From a bacterium (GTDB lineage Bacteria; Patescibacteriota; Minisyncoccia; Minisyncoccales; DG-74-3), in the NCBI GenBank assembly GCA_030603245.1, contig JAUVYE010000001.1:1418-65417 (forward strand): DNA of 64,000 nt, read 5' to 3'. Positions 27,585 through 37,946 of the stretch are shown here, piece after piece (within the stretch, counting starts at the first letter, position 1; each line of letters starts with the position of its first letter). The notes below the pieces were generated by a model. The model did no database searches and was not told the DNA's origin. It was given only the letters and a program-made list of their open reading frames with translations. A program made the position numbers and the translations under genes.

Positions 27585-30226
27585 TGTCAAAAAAATCTTT
27601 TTTAAAATTTCTGTTTTTTTTGTTCTTAGTCCTCAATTTTTTAAGCTTTGGGGAATTTGTTTTAGCTTGCGAGGAAGGAGAAACTCAAGATTGCGAAACC
27701 TGCGGAGTTCAAACCTGTGATGATTGTTATGAGAAAGAAATTGATTTCGGCATAGAAATAATAATAATGACTGTTTGTGATTGGGGAAACTGTGACCCTG
27801 ATAGTCAAACTCAAGACTGTGACATTTGTGGTGTTCAAGAATGCCAGTGTGAGGGCAACTCTTGTTGGTGGGACGATTGTGATGAAACATCAAAGCCAAG
27901 GACAAAAAGAACAAGCAATTGGACTGAATACCGCTGCCAGGAAGATGGATGTGGTCAAGAATATATCCAAAAAAGAAAATGTGAAGAAACTTGTACTAGA
28001 ACTTGTTGGTGTATAGGCGGAGGGGAATGGGAATGTTCAAGCTACTCGGATTGTGATACGGATTGCGACAGCCCAGAGCCTGTAGAAGAATGTGACTTAG
28101 ATTGGCAGCTTTGTTATGGAAGCAATGAATGGAGTAGATCTGCTCGTAGTTGTAATTGTGCAGGAACATGTTTAGAAACACCAAAAAATCCAAGATACTA
28201 TAATAACCCGAACTATCCAACTGATCCTTATGAACCAGAAGAATCAGAAGATGCTAATAATATTTTTTTGCCAGTTAAATTAGATTGGGACAATGTTAAA
28301 GCATGGAAAAATGATTGGGAAGAAAATGGAGAATTAAAAGAATGTTCAGAAGATTGTTTTCAATCATATTTGATTGAAATAAGCAATACAGCTTCTGGTA
28401 ATTTCTCAAAAGCTTTGACTCAAGATTCTGAATATAATCCAACACAAGACCAAGGAGCTTGTTTCTTAAAATCGGGAATAACTCATAATTTGGACGTAAG
28501 CGCTTGTTGTAATACAAACGGTACTAATTGCAGTTCTAAAAGCAACTGGAGTTTTGATACTAAATCTGCTCCAGAACCCATTTTGCCGGCTGATTTTGAT
28601 TGGAAAGAAGAAGAAATTAAATCTGGAGTTGAAATCCCAGTATTCCTTGATTGGTGCGATGTTAATAATGCCAAATCTTTTAGAATAAAAATTCATTATA
28701 TTAAAGATGGTCAAGAACTATGCCATCCCTGGCTTGTGTCAGGACAAAGCTGTGACTCTGAGATAATTACAACAGAAAACAGGCCTCCCCCATATTATGA
28801 TCCCACTAAAGATATTCTATATTCTGATTTTCAAGATAATGAGGGATTTTTTACTAAAGATACAGAATACAGGTGGGAATTAGCAACTTGTTTTAATGAA
28901 AATGGAACAAATTGTAGTGATTTTGGTCAAAAATGGGGATTTGATACTACTTTGGTTTCATTACCCTATCTTCAATTAGAGTCTCCGCCCAATGACCCTA
29001 ATGGTAAACAAGCAGTAGGTTTTCCAGTCATTTTAGAATGGAAACATGAACCAGGAATGAATTCTTTTGTTTATGATGTTTATAAAGAAAATCCAGGAGA
29101 ACTTACTGGCAATCTTAATCTTTCCCAAAAAGTTTTTGATTATCCAACGCTTTCTTTAAATACTTTTTATACTTGGAGAGTTAAGCCTTGTTGGGATTAT
29201 GAAGGATTAGATTGCGAAGATTGGCCAGCAGGCCAAGAATGGGTTTTTAAAACCACTGGAGCTGCACCAAATTTAATTTATCCAGAAAATAATGATTCTA
29301 ATGTTCCAATTCCAATAAAATTAGAGTGGGAAGGTATGTCAGGCGCTAAATCATATAAATATTGGGTATATTCTAGTGGAGAGTTAATTGCAAACAACAT
29401 TGTTGAAGACAGTTCTGTTTTAATTAAATACGATCCTGTTTCAAAAGAACCCAAGCAAGAAACTAATTATTCCTGGCAAATTGCAACCTGTGCTGATGAA
29501 AAGGGGGAAATTTGTGGCCTTCCTACAAGTCTGTGGAAATTTACAACCTTTAAACTTTCTCCTCCATCAAACTTATTACCAGAAAATAATGAAACAGTTT
29601 TTACCTATCAAATGCCTAAAAGCTTTTCTTGGGATTCAGATGCAAAATATTTTAGATTTACTTTAGATTATATTCAAAAAGCAGAACAAGAGGTTGGGAA
29701 TTGTGCTCTTGAAAGACAAAAAAAAATCACTGATAATAATCTTTATTCTCTTTCTTTAAGTTGCTTGGGAGAATACCAATGGCAAGTTCAAGCTTGTTTA
29801 GATGAAAACTGCGATCAAGAAGGAACCGCAAGCTCTGTTCAGAATTTCATCTTAGATCAAGCTACTCCTCCCACTCAATTTGGTTTAGTTCCTTGTGGCA
29901 GAAATTCAGACAATCCAAACACTCCTTGGAATGAAAGAGACAGTTGTCAATTTAAGCATCTTTTTATTCTTTTTAAAAATATTATTGATTTTCTTTTATG
30001 GAGAGTAACTTTGATTATTTTGCTTTTACTAGTCATAGCTACAGCAATAATATTTTACTTCTCAATAGGCGCCCCTGCTCTTATAATTGACATCAGAGGT
30101 GTTTGGAGAGCAGCTGGAAAGGGTTATGCAATTATTTTTATGTCTTGGATAATTATTAATCTTGTTTTAAATATTTTAGGATATCAAATTGGAATTTTTG
30201 GCCAGTGGTGGCAAATTAATTTCTAA
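27584..30226 (+). CDS. Large Cys-rich surface protein with Fn3-like repeats and C-terminal pilin-like membrane domain
   Basis: Signal peptide, Cys-rich N-terminus, about 5 repeats W.v..C....G..C.....W.F.T, C-terminal GLVPCG plus TM helices. Confidence 0.75.
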   Translation: MSKKSFLKFLFFLFLVLNFLSFGEFVLACEEGETQDCETCGVQTCDDCYEKEIDFGIEIIIMTVCDWGNCDPDSQTQDCDICGVQECQCEGNSCWWDDCDETSKPRTKRTSNWTEYRCQEDGCGQEYIQKRKCEETCTRTCWCIGGGEWECSSYSDCDTDCDSPEPVEECDLDWQLCYGSNEWSRSARSCNCAGTCLETPKNPRYYNNPNYPTDPYEPEESEDANNIFLPVKLDWDNVKAWKNDWEENGELKECSEDCFQSYLIEISNTASGNFSKALTQDSEYNPTQDQGACFLKSGITHNLDVSACCNTNGTNCSSKSNWSFDTKSAPEPILPADFDWKEEEIKSGVEIPVFLDWCDVNNAKSFRIKIHYIKDGQELCHPWLVSGQSCDSEIITTENRPPPYYDPTKDILYSDFQDNEGFFTKDTEYRWELATCFNENGTNCSDFGQKWGFDTTLVSLPYLQLESPPNDPNGKQAVGFPVILEWKHEPGMNSFVYDVYKENPGELTGNLNLSQKVFDYPTLSLNTFYTWRVKPCWDYEGLDCEDWPAGQEWVFKTTGAAPNLIYPENNDSNVPIPIKLEWEGMSGAKSYKYWVYSSGELIANNIVEDSSVLIKYDPVSKEPKQETNYSWQIATCADEKGEICGLPTSLWKFTTFKLSPPSNLLPENNETVFTYQMPKSFSWDSDAKYFRFTLDYIQKAEQEVGNCALERQKKITDNNLYSLSLSCLGEYQWQVQACLDENCDQEGTASSVQNFILDQATPPTQFGLVPCGRNSDNPNTPWNERDSCQFKHLFILFKNIIDFLLWRVTLIILLLLVIATAIIFYFSIGAPALIIDIRGVWRAAGKGYAIIFMSWIIINLVLNILGYQIGIFGQWWQINF

Positions 30227-30230
30227 AACA

Positions 30231-30911
30231 ATGAGTAAAGTAATAAAAATCCTTGTCGTTTTAGTAATTGTTCTTTTGCTTATTATTGTTTTGGGCAATT
30301 ATTTTTTACAACAACAACTAAAACAAGTAGGAGGAGTAGATTTTTCAGAAATAATATCCCAAATTGAAGGATTGTCATCTGAGCAAATTTTAAAATCTCA
30401 AGCAGAAAAAGAGAGTAGTAAAAAATTCATTAGTCCAGATAAAAAACTAAAAATAGAGTATTCTTTGAGGTGGATAGAAACACCGAGCGAAAGTTTGGAA
30501 AGAATCGTTCCGAATGAACAAATTCAAAAATACAACTTAACCAATTTGCTTTTAGCTCAACGATTCGAAATTAGTGGAGAATTTGCTCAATTAATTATTG
30601 ACCAGGCATTTTTTGACATCCAAAAGTCTTTTGAGCAAATTATTGATGAAATGCAGAAAGCTAATCTTGAACAGGGATGGAATATGGAAGTTATTGAATC
30701 AAAAACTGAAAACAATGAAATTATTTTTGAAGCAAGGTATGAAAAAAGCAAAAGCCATAGTGTTTATTCCAAAGAAAAGATAATATTTCTTGAACCAGAA
30801 GAAAACAATAAAAAAGCTTATTTAATTAGCTTTATTACTCTTAATAAAGATTGGTTAAAATTTAAAGAAGAGGCAAACAAAATCTTTGAATCTGTTGAAA
30901 TAAGTCAATAA
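30231..30911 (+). CDS. Membrane-anchored hypothetical protein (PsbP-like extracellular domain possible)
   Basis: N-terminal TM, FISPDKKLKIEY...W, C-terminal IFESV. Confidence 0.65.
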   Translation: MSKVIKILVVLVIVLLLIIVLGNYFLQQQLKQVGGVDFSEIISQIEGLSSEQILKSQAEKESSKKFISPDKKLKIEYSLRWIETPSESLERIVPNEQIQKYNLTNLLLAQRFEISGEFAQLIIDQAFFDIQKSFEQIIDEMQKANLEQGWNMEVIESKTENNEIIFEARYEKSKSHSVYSKEKIIFLEPEENNKKAYLISFITLNKDWLKFKEEANKIFESVEISQ

Positions 30912-30972
30912 ATTGCTTTATTCTTGACAAATATAAAAAATAAGGTAAAAAGAGAGTAGAAAGTGTTAAAAA

Positions 30973-31707
30973 TTGAATAAAGGAAAGCAAGATAAAACAT
31001 TTGGCAATTTCAACAAATCCACGATGATTACAGCTATTGTTATAACAATTATCGCAATAGGCAGTATTGGTTACTACACCATATTCTACAAACCAAGCCC
31101 ATCAGGACCACCCACCATTCCAGCAACCTCACCAGCCAACATTGGTAAACAAACGGATCCTACTACAGAAAGCACTGAAACAACCTCTGAGCTAATAAAT
31201 ACAACCTCTCCCGAGCCTGAGATATCTAATATTACAGATACTTCTACTGTTTCTGAAGATGAACTAAATGCAACTCAACCCGAAATACCAGAACCTGATT
31301 CTGCAATCATCACAATGAACGTTTCTGATCTCCATGATCTCTATATAGATGCTTATTTCACCTACGACAGAAGAGAAGCGAAAGACAAGATAGAAAATCT
31401 AACTGGTAAGGTCATTAGAGTAAGAGGGGTTTTCAGGATGTCGGCAAGAAAAAAAGCAGAAAACAATGAAACCTATGAAATAGTAATCCTGTTTGGAACG
31501 AATAATGAAAGTAATCCCAAAGACATCTTTATCTACTTACCTTTTACCGAGGAGGTCCTCCAAGAAGTAGCTGCTATAAAATATCCAGATGTAGTTGTTG
31601 TCCAGGGAGAATTCTATCCAGGACCACCTGAACCTTTGCCATTTTATCCTCCTAAGATTGGATACAGTATAGTTGCACGTTTGAAGAATTGCCAATTAGT
31701 ACCTTAA
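30973..31707 (+). CDS. Membrane-anchored hypothetical protein with Thr/Pro linker and possible OB-fold C-terminus
   Basis: TM, low-complexity linker, GKVIRVRG...VVVQG...LKNC. Confidence 0.6.
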   Translation: MNKGKQDKTFGNFNKSTMITAIVITIIAIGSIGYYTIFYKPSPSGPPTIPATSPANIGKQTDPTTESTETTSELINTTSPEPEISNITDTSTVSEDELNATQPEIPEPDSAIITMNVSDLHDLYIDAYFTYDRREAKDKIENLTGKVIRVRGVFRMSARKKAENNETYEIVILFGTNNESNPKDIFIYLPFTEEVLQEVAAIKYPDVVVVQGEFYPGPPEPLPFYPPKIGYSIVARLKNCQLVP

Positions 31708-31730
31708 GGACTTTACAGTCCTGTTTTTTT
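31707..31730 (+). terminator. Intrinsic terminator
   Basis: AGGACT-TTAC-AGTCCT followed by GT7. Confidence 0.65.
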
Positions 31731-31794
31731 ATTTCTAAAAAAAAGTGATATAATAATTATAGAATGAGATTTTTTGTTATGATATAATATTAAA

Positions 31795-32736
31795 ATGAAA
31801 AAGCTTTACATAAGTAAAAAACTCTTTTTCTTTTTAACACTATTGGTGGTTTTGGGTATTGCTTCTAATGCTTTGGCTTTAGAGTTAAATTGGCCTGTTT
31901 CCCCAGGAAAAACTGAACTGACTGAAAAAAGCAATATTTCAGAAATGGTTAAATACTTCTATGAGTGGGGAATATCTTTGGGTGGAATAGCAGTATTTTT
32001 TTCTTTAATAATGGCTGGTTTTAAATATTTAACTTCAGTGGGAAACGAAAACAAAATGAGAGAGGCTAGAGACAGAATTAACTCTTCTCTTTTGGGACTT
32101 TTGCTTCTTTTATCTTCCTTTCTTATTCTTAATACTATTAACCCTGAACTAACTACTTTAAGAATGCCTGATGATATAAAATCTGCTTCTCAAAATCTGA
32201 TACCTATAGACGTAGGTAAACCAGATACTTCTGATCCTTGTAAAAAAGTAATTGTCTATAGTGAGACTAATTTTCAAGGTAATTCATTTGAGATTCTACC
32301 GGGACTAACGTCTGGGGACCTATCTGCTACTGCTAAAATAGGAGGGGAAGCTCTCTCAATTGAGATTTTTGGCTTTTGTAAGGCAGAACTATATTCATCA
32401 AAAAACTGTTGGTGGAAAGCAGACCTAATGACCACAATTTACACTAGCTTGCCTGATATTGCTTCTGTATACCTAAACGATCCTGTTGTTTGTGTTAGAA
32501 ATTTAGCAGGAATCACTTCTTCGCCATGTGATGAGAACTGTTCTAAGTGTAGTAAAGAAATAGATTGTATAACTAGTTCTTCTAATTGTATTTGGCAAAA
32601 CTACCTTTGTATTGAATCAACATGCGATACAAATTGTAGTGAATGTACTACGTTCGCGGACTGTATTTCGAGTTGGGCTGAGTCTGGTTGTGTCTGGACC
32701 CCTTATGAAACATGTGAGCCAGAACTGTTTGAGTAA
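31795..32736 (+). CDS. Pilin-like (VirB2/TrbC-like) protein with Cys-rich extracellular extension
   Basis: AGFKYLTSVGN...ARDRI...GLLLLLSSFLILNTINPEL, typical of CPR pilins; Cys-rich tail. Confidence 0.75.
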   Translation: MKKLYISKKLFFFLTLLVVLGIASNALALELNWPVSPGKTELTEKSNISEMVKYFYEWGISLGGIAVFFSLIMAGFKYLTSVGNENKMREARDRINSSLLGLLLLLSSFLILNTINPELTTLRMPDDIKSASQNLIPIDVGKPDTSDPCKKVIVYSETNFQGNSFEILPGLTSGDLSATAKIGGEALSIEIFGFCKAELYSSKNCWWKADLMTTIYTSLPDIASVYLNDPVVCVRNLAGITSSPCDENCSKCSKEIDCITSSSNCIWQNYLCIESTCDTNCSECTTFADCISSWAESGCVWTPYETCEPELFE

Positions 32737-32763
32737 TAAAACAACAAAAAAATAAATTAAAAA

Positions 32764-35700
32764 ATGCCCGAAAAATTCAAAAGTTTTTTCTCTAAAATAA
32801 TAACAGATAAAAGATTAAAAATTGCTCTTTTCTCTTTTATTGTTTTATTCAGTATTTTTATTCCTTTAAAACGCGCTGATGCTATTTGGGGAATCGGAGA
32901 TATCGGGCTTTTTGATTTGGCTCAAACGCAATTAGATGCTTTAGATTTTGTAGATAGCGTAATTTTGAGATTAGTTATCTTTATTTTTGTCCTTATTGTA
33001 GAATCAGAGATTTTTATTTTTACCGCAGCCAATCTTTTACAATGGGCAATGAATCTACCAATAAATATTGGGATCGGTGCCACAAAAAACCTTCTTGTTG
33101 CCTCGGGCTGGCAATTTACTCTTGGTCTAACTAATCTCTTCTTCATTTTAGCCCTCGTGATTATTGCCTTAGCTCATATTTTGGGATTAAGTACTTTTGA
33201 AATGAAAAAAGCTCTGCCAAAGCTAATTATAATTGCTCTTTTGGTGAATTTTAGTTTAGTTTTTATTGGAATGTTTGTAGATATTGTCAATATCTTTCAG
33301 AATGCTATTTTAGATGCGCTCGGAAAAGATTTGGTTACCTTAGCTATCCAGCCACTTATAACTAGCGCTAAAAGCGTTGCTGCCTGGTTTGTTCTTATTC
33401 CTACCACCTATTTGATTACTGCTCTAATTCCTTTTGGCAATGTTATTGCAGCTGTAGCGGTTGGAAGCACAATCCTTACTGATATTGTATCTGGCGGTAT
33501 CTTGCTTAAGGGTCTGTTTTTAATAATTATAAATTTGCTTATTGGAACCATCTTCTTATTCTATTTCGTCTTTTTCTTAATGAGAATAGCTATGATTTGG
33601 ATTTTGGCTATTTTTGCTCCTTTGGCTTTTTTCAGCTATATTCTGCCTCAAACTCAAGGTGTTTGGAGAGAATGGCTCAAAACTCTCTCAGAATGGTTAA
33701 CCTTAGGAATAGTTGCAATTTTCCTAACAGGTTTAGGATTAAAATTATTTGCAACAACCGGAGACAATGCTATTCTTGACTGGGGAGGAGATATAAATAC
33801 AGGAAGAGGTTCTTTACCAGCTTTTATTTATAATTATCTGTTTTTGCTTGTTTATATGGGAATAGCTGCTTATTACAGTATAAAATATACTCCCCAAATG
33901 GCTAATACCTTATTAGATTATGGAAAAGGTTTTGCAGGTGGTGTTAGAAAAATAGCAACTACAAGAACAATGAAAAGAGATGTTTGGGGGCCAGCAGCAG
34001 AACAATTGGCTGATACGGAAAAGTGGGGTCAACGATTAATAGGAAGGGCTAAAGAAGCAGAAATAGAGGGGAAAATAGGAAGGGCAATGTTTATGAGATG
34101 GGCTGGGAGAGGTGCTGGGGGATTAGGCAAAGCGGTTGGTACAGCCACCAAACCGTTTAGACCAGGTCTGATTGAATATGCGGCTCAACAAAGAAGAACT
34201 GCCAAACCAAAGGGCTGGGATCAAATGTCTGTTGCTGATAAGTCCAATTATATTAATGCTCTAACACAAGATAAAGAAAAAATGGTTTTAGCAAGTCAAA
34301 TGGCGACCGAAGGCACTTTTGCTCATGCTGGAAATGAATTCCAAGAGCAAATACTTGGAATAGCAAAAGGTTTTTCAAAAGATGATAGAAATAAGGCGTT
34401 GTATGGAAAAGAAATTGGAGATATTTATGATGTAATTCCAGACGGTGTTACTCTAGAGTCTGAACTCGATCTTAAAGCAACAAAACAAGACAAAGAAGAA
34501 CTCAGAAAAAAAATAGAAGGTAAGGCAAAAGAAATAACCGCCAATGCTGGTTTACCAGAAGATCAATATACGCAGAATTTGGATTTAGCTGCTGCCGTTC
34601 TAAGAATAAAAGCAATGAAAACAGCTGATTTGGTTAAGATGAAAAAAGCTTCTCTTACCTCCATGGCTGGCAGATTAGCTTCTCATGAAATGACCAGTCA
34701 ACAAATACAAAGAATTTATAATACCTTTGGCAGAGATACAATAGATGATATATTCAAGGGCGATGGCGGGCTTAATGATATCTTTGAAAACAAAAAACAA
34801 AAAGAAGGACAAAAACTCCTTGATCAAGCGTATCGCCGAAATCCTGCACTTGTTCACTTTTTTGCTAATACTCCTGCAGGTAGAGCGATGAACTGGAGCG
34901 GACTTAAATATATGGATAGGAACGAAAACAATAAAATAGATTTTGATAAATTTAAAGAAAGATTGTCAGAAGAAGAAAGAGAAAGAGAAGAAGAAAAAGA
35001 AAAAGAAGCAGCAGTAGTGCCTAAACCAGTTTCTAGAGTAAAGCAATTTGAAAAAGATATATTGTCAAAATTAGCAGAACAAAAGGAAATCAAGGCACAA
35101 ATTTCAGAACATAAAAAGGAATTGAGAGGGGTAAAAACAGCTGCAACAAGAATAGACGTAGAAAATAATATTAAAGAAAAAGAAAAAACCCTTAAAATTA
35201 ATCAGGCAGAAATTAAAAAACTTCAAAAGAGTTATTCAGAAGAATGGAAAGCAGAAAAAATAGCACTCACCGAGGCAGCAGCTGAAACTGAAGAACCAAA
35301 AGCAAAACTTTTGAGCGAGGTTGAAAAACTAAAAGCATTAGATAAAGCAGCTGAAAAAATAGAGTCTGATAACGCTCTCTTTATATCTAAGTTAGAAGAT
35401 AGGGAGAAGGTTTCTAAATTAACAGAAAAAGAACAAGAAGCATATAAACAATACAAAGAAGCCTATAATAGCGCGTTTACCGAAAGAAAAGAAATAAAGA
35501 GCAAACTTGATGCATCAGAAAAGTATGCTAATAAAATATCTCTAAGACTAAAGAATATTCGAGGCATAGAAAACAATTTAGAAATAACTAAGAAAGAAGC
35601 TTTGACCTCTGGAAATTTAGAAAAAGTGAAAAATGCAGAGCTTGCCATGGAACATCTGAAACAAGAAAAAACTTCTATCGAAAAGATTTTAGCAACATCA

Positions 35701-36555
35701 ACCCCAGAAGAAATGCTTAATAAAGAAAAAGGAGTTGATATTATGCAGGAGAGATTAAAAGAATTTAATCAAAATCCATTAGTAGTACAAGCCAAAAGAG
35801 ATGTACGAAAGCTGAAACAAAAAATAAGGTTAACTCAAGATAAAACAGAAAAAACTAGACTCCGAAAAGATTTATCTAGTCATAAAGAAAGATATTCTTC
35901 AGTATTCGAAATTGCTCCAAAACTAGAAAAAGCTTACAGAGAACAAAAAAGAGGATTGCCAAAGACAAAAGGTGCACTAGAAAAATTACAAACCCAAAAA
36001 TTAACAGCAATTAGTAATCTGAATTTGAAAAAATCAAAAGATTTAGAATTAAAAATAGAAAATCAGGAAAAATTAGCAGATAGTTCACGCTACAGATTGT
36101 CTGTATTGTTACCAGGCGAGATTGACAGATTGATGGACGTCGTACAAGAAGAAAAAGTAAAAGGCACCGTTCCGTTTATTCCGCGACCGTCAAAAACTCC
36201 TCCGTCGACAACAACACCAACCACACCATCAGATCCACAGTCTCCGCCACCCCTATCCTCACCGCCACCACCAGACGAAATTCCTCCTGAGGATTTAGAA
36301 AAAATCAGGAAAGAATTCAAAACAAAAACAGAAAGAGTACTGAAAGACATCTCCAGCTTCGAAGAACTGAATAAGGCGCTAGATGATCTTGGAGAGATAC
36401 AGGGCAGCAAAAAACTTTATTCGACAAAAGAACTTAAAGAAATAATTAAGGATATTAGAATTGGAAAGAAAACTCTCTCTCATGTAACAAGAGAGGGAGG
36501 GCTAAGAAGAGTGGTAAGAAAATTGATTAGCTTAGAAAAAAAGAATACACGTTAA
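32764..36555 (+). CDS. VirB6/TrbL-like polytopic membrane protein with long coiled-coil C-terminus
   Basis: N-terminal multi-TM region with LIIIALLVNFS and RIAMIWILAIFAPLAF...W..W; upstream of PrgI/VirB4. Confidence 0.7.
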   Translation: MPEKFKSFFSKIITDKRLKIALFSFIVLFSIFIPLKRADAIWGIGDIGLFDLAQTQLDALDFVDSVILRLVIFIFVLIVESEIFIFTAANLLQWAMNLPINIGIGATKNLLVASGWQFTLGLTNLFFILALVIIALAHILGLSTFEMKKALPKLIIIALLVNFSLVFIGMFVDIVNIFQNAILDALGKDLVTLAIQPLITSAKSVAAWFVLIPTTYLITALIPFGNVIAAVAVGSTILTDIVSGGILLKGLFLIIINLLIGTIFLFYFVFFLMRIAMIWILAIFAPLAFFSYILPQTQGVWREWLKTLSEWLTLGIVAIFLTGLGLKLFATTGDNAILDWGGDINTGRGSLPAFIYNYLFLLVYMGIAAYYSIKYTPQMANTLLDYGKGFAGGVRKIATTRTMKRDVWGPAAEQLADTEKWGQRLIGRAKEAEIEGKIGRAMFMRWAGRGAGGLGKAVGTATKPFRPGLIEYAAQQRRTAKPKGWDQMSVADKSNYINALTQDKEKMVLASQMATEGTFAHAGNEFQEQILGIAKGFSKDDRNKALYGKEIGDIYDVIPDGVTLESELDLKATKQDKEELRKKIEGKAKEITANAGLPEDQYTQNLDLAAAVLRIKAMKTADLVKMKKASLTSMAGRLASHEMTSQQIQRIYNTFGRDTIDDIFKGDGGLNDIFENKKQKEGQKLLDQAYRRNPALVHFFANTPAGRAMNWSGLKYMDRNENNKIDFDKFKERLSEEEREREEEKEKEAAVVPKPVSRVKQFEKDILSKLAEQKEIKAQISEHKKELRGVKTAATRIDVENNIKEKEKTLKINQAEIKKLQKSYSEEWKAEKIALTEAAAETEEPKAKLLSEVEKLKALDKAAEKIESDNALFISKLEDREKVSKLTEKEQEAYKQYKEAYNSAFTERKEIKSKLDASEKYANKISLRLKNIRGIENNLEITKKEALTSGNLEKVKNAELAMEHLKQEKTSIEKILATSTPEEMLNKEKGVDIMQERLKEFNQNPLVVQAKRDVRKLKQKIRLTQDKTEKTRLRKDLSSHKERYSSVFEIAPKLEKAYREQKRGLPKTKGALEKLQTQKLTAISNLNLKKSKDLELKIENQEKLADSSRYRLSVLLPGEIDRLMDVVQEEKVKGTVPFIPRPSKTPPSTTTPTTPSDPQSPPPLSSPPPPDEIPPEDLEKIRKEFKTKTERVLKDISSFEELNKALDDLGEIQGSKKLYSTKELKEIIKDIRIGKKTLSHVTREGGLRRVVRKLISLEKKNTR

Positions 36556-36576
36556 GTACTTAAAATAATAAAAAGT

Positions 36577-36607
36577 GCGGTAAAATGCTTTTGTAGCTTT
36601 TTACCGC
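36577..36607. terminator. Hairpin between convergent genes
   Basis: GCGGTAAAA...TTTTACCGC. Confidence 0.55.
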
Positions 36608-37048
36608 TTAGGGTGAGGGAGGTGGCAGGAAAGGACGAACGTTCAGTAACCAGGCTGGCATTGGATGTGGACTAGTGAGTTCTGGTATGATGCCACGATC
36701 TACATCAACCTTATTGGCCAAGTTCTGAAGTGCAGTACAATCCTGAAGAGTCTTTTCAAACTCCTGATAAGTATCTGCCATTTCTTGCAGTAAAGTATCA
36801 AGTCGAGTTTTTAGTAAATCTTCTGCTGTCTGGGCTTGCCGGAAAGCCCAAGGAACATGTCTTTTAACTTGTTCTTTGAACTTGTCCTTCTCTGGAGCCA
36901 CAAAGAGCGCTATAACCTGATTTGTTGGACCATCCAAGATTTCGTCAAGATCAGAAGGATTCTCCATTACTGTTCTTGCAATCTCTACTAGTTTGGCCCT
37001 AAATTTTCCTACTCCGATACTCTTATCATAATTCACCATTCTTTTCAC
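36608..37048 (-). CDS. Hypothetical protein inserted antisense within the T4SS-like cluster
   Basis: 146-aa ORF, AGGTG upstream of ATG 37039, no recognised motif. Confidence 0.55.
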   Translation of the reverse strand: MKRMVNYDKSIGVGKFRAKLVEIARTVMENPSDLDEILDGPTNQVIALFVAPEKDKFKEQVKRHVPWAFRQAQTAEDLLKTRLDTLLQEMADTYQEFEKTLQDCTALQNLANKVDVDRGIIPELTSPHPMPAWLLNVRPFLPPPSP

Positions 37049-37098
37049 CTATTTAATTATACATATTATATCAAACAAGATAAAATTTGTCAATAGTT

Positions 37099-37533
37099 AT
37101 GACTAACAAATATACATCAGAACAATTTTGGAAATTATATGACAAACTTCCTCAGGAATTAAAGGATGCTCTTTTTGCTGAGGAAACGGGTACTAATATT
37201 TATGATACTTGCAAAAGAAATGATTGTTTAGAATACCACAGTGAAATTATTGAATATGTTGGTCAAGTTTTAATTGGGGTCTTGGCTCCCGAGGATTTTA
37301 TGGCTGTACTAAAGAAAAACCTAAAATTAACTAAAGAAACTGCCAAAAAAGTTGTCCAAGAAATTAATCGTTTTATTTTTTATCCGGTTAGGCCTTTATT
37401 AGAAAAACTGTATAAAATGAAAATGACACCTTCTTCTTTGGAAAAACCTGGTTTAGTTACTAAAACTCCTGCTCCAAAAAAAGAAGAGTCAGCTCCTCCC
37501 AGAAAAGACACTTATAGAGAACCTATTAAATAA
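37099..37533 (+). CDS. Conserved CPR hypothetical protein of the T4SS-like cluster
   Basis: LPQELKDAL...EINRFIF.PV...D.YREPI pattern; directly upstream of the PrgI gene. Confidence 0.7.
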   Translation: MTNKYTSEQFWKLYDKLPQELKDALFAEETGTNIYDTCKRNDCLEYHSEIIEYVGQVLIGVLAPEDFMAVLKKNLKLTKETAKKVVQEINRFIFYPVRPLLEKLYKMKMTPSSLEKPGLVTKTPAPKKEESAPPRKDTYREPIK

Positions 37534-37537
37534 ATAT

Positions 37538-37945
37538 ATGAGATTTACTGTTCCTCAATTTATTGAGCGCGAAGCAAAAATAGTTGGTCCATTAACTTTT
37601 AGACAGTTTATTTTTATTGCAATTGCTGGCGCTATTTGCTTTTTTATTTATAGTATTGCTCCTTTTTATGTGTTTGTAATAGCCTGTGTTATTTTTGGTG
37701 GGAGTTCCTTGGCTTTGGCATTTTTAAAAGTACAAGGAAGATCCTTGCCCGTTGTTTTATCAAATCTTCTAAGGTTTAATTTTGCTCCCAAAATGTATCT
37801 TTGGAAAAAAAGCCAAGTCCCAATAAAAATTTTGAAAAAAGAAACAGTGGTGCAATCAGAAAAAGAACAAGAAACCCCTTTAAAAATAGCTGAAAAGAGT
37901 CAATTAAAAAAAATAAGGACTGAAATTGAAACAAGACCAGAATAA
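37538..37945 (+). CDS. PrgI family protein (VirB3-like)
   Basis: VPQFIERE.KIVGPLTFRQF, two TMs, P.MYLWKK. Confidence 0.85.
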   Translation: MRFTVPQFIEREAKIVGPLTFRQFIFIAIAGAICFFIYSIAPFYVFVIACVIFGGSSLALAFLKVQGRSLPVVLSNLLRFNFAPKMYLWKKSQVPIKILKKETVVQSEKEQETPLKIAEKSQLKKIRTEIETRPE

Positions 37946-37946
37946 T

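Noticed and set aside
27660-28170. Possible CRISPR or DNA tandem repeat in the Cys-rich region (AACTCAAGA.TG.GA twice)
   Set aside because: Only a protein-level duplication (TQDCETCGVQ / TQDCDICGVQ) inside an ORF; no regular repeat-spacer array and no cas genes
36090-36410. Gly-rich minus-strand ORF (106 aa)
   Set aside because: Antisense of the Pro-rich linker of the VirB6-like gene
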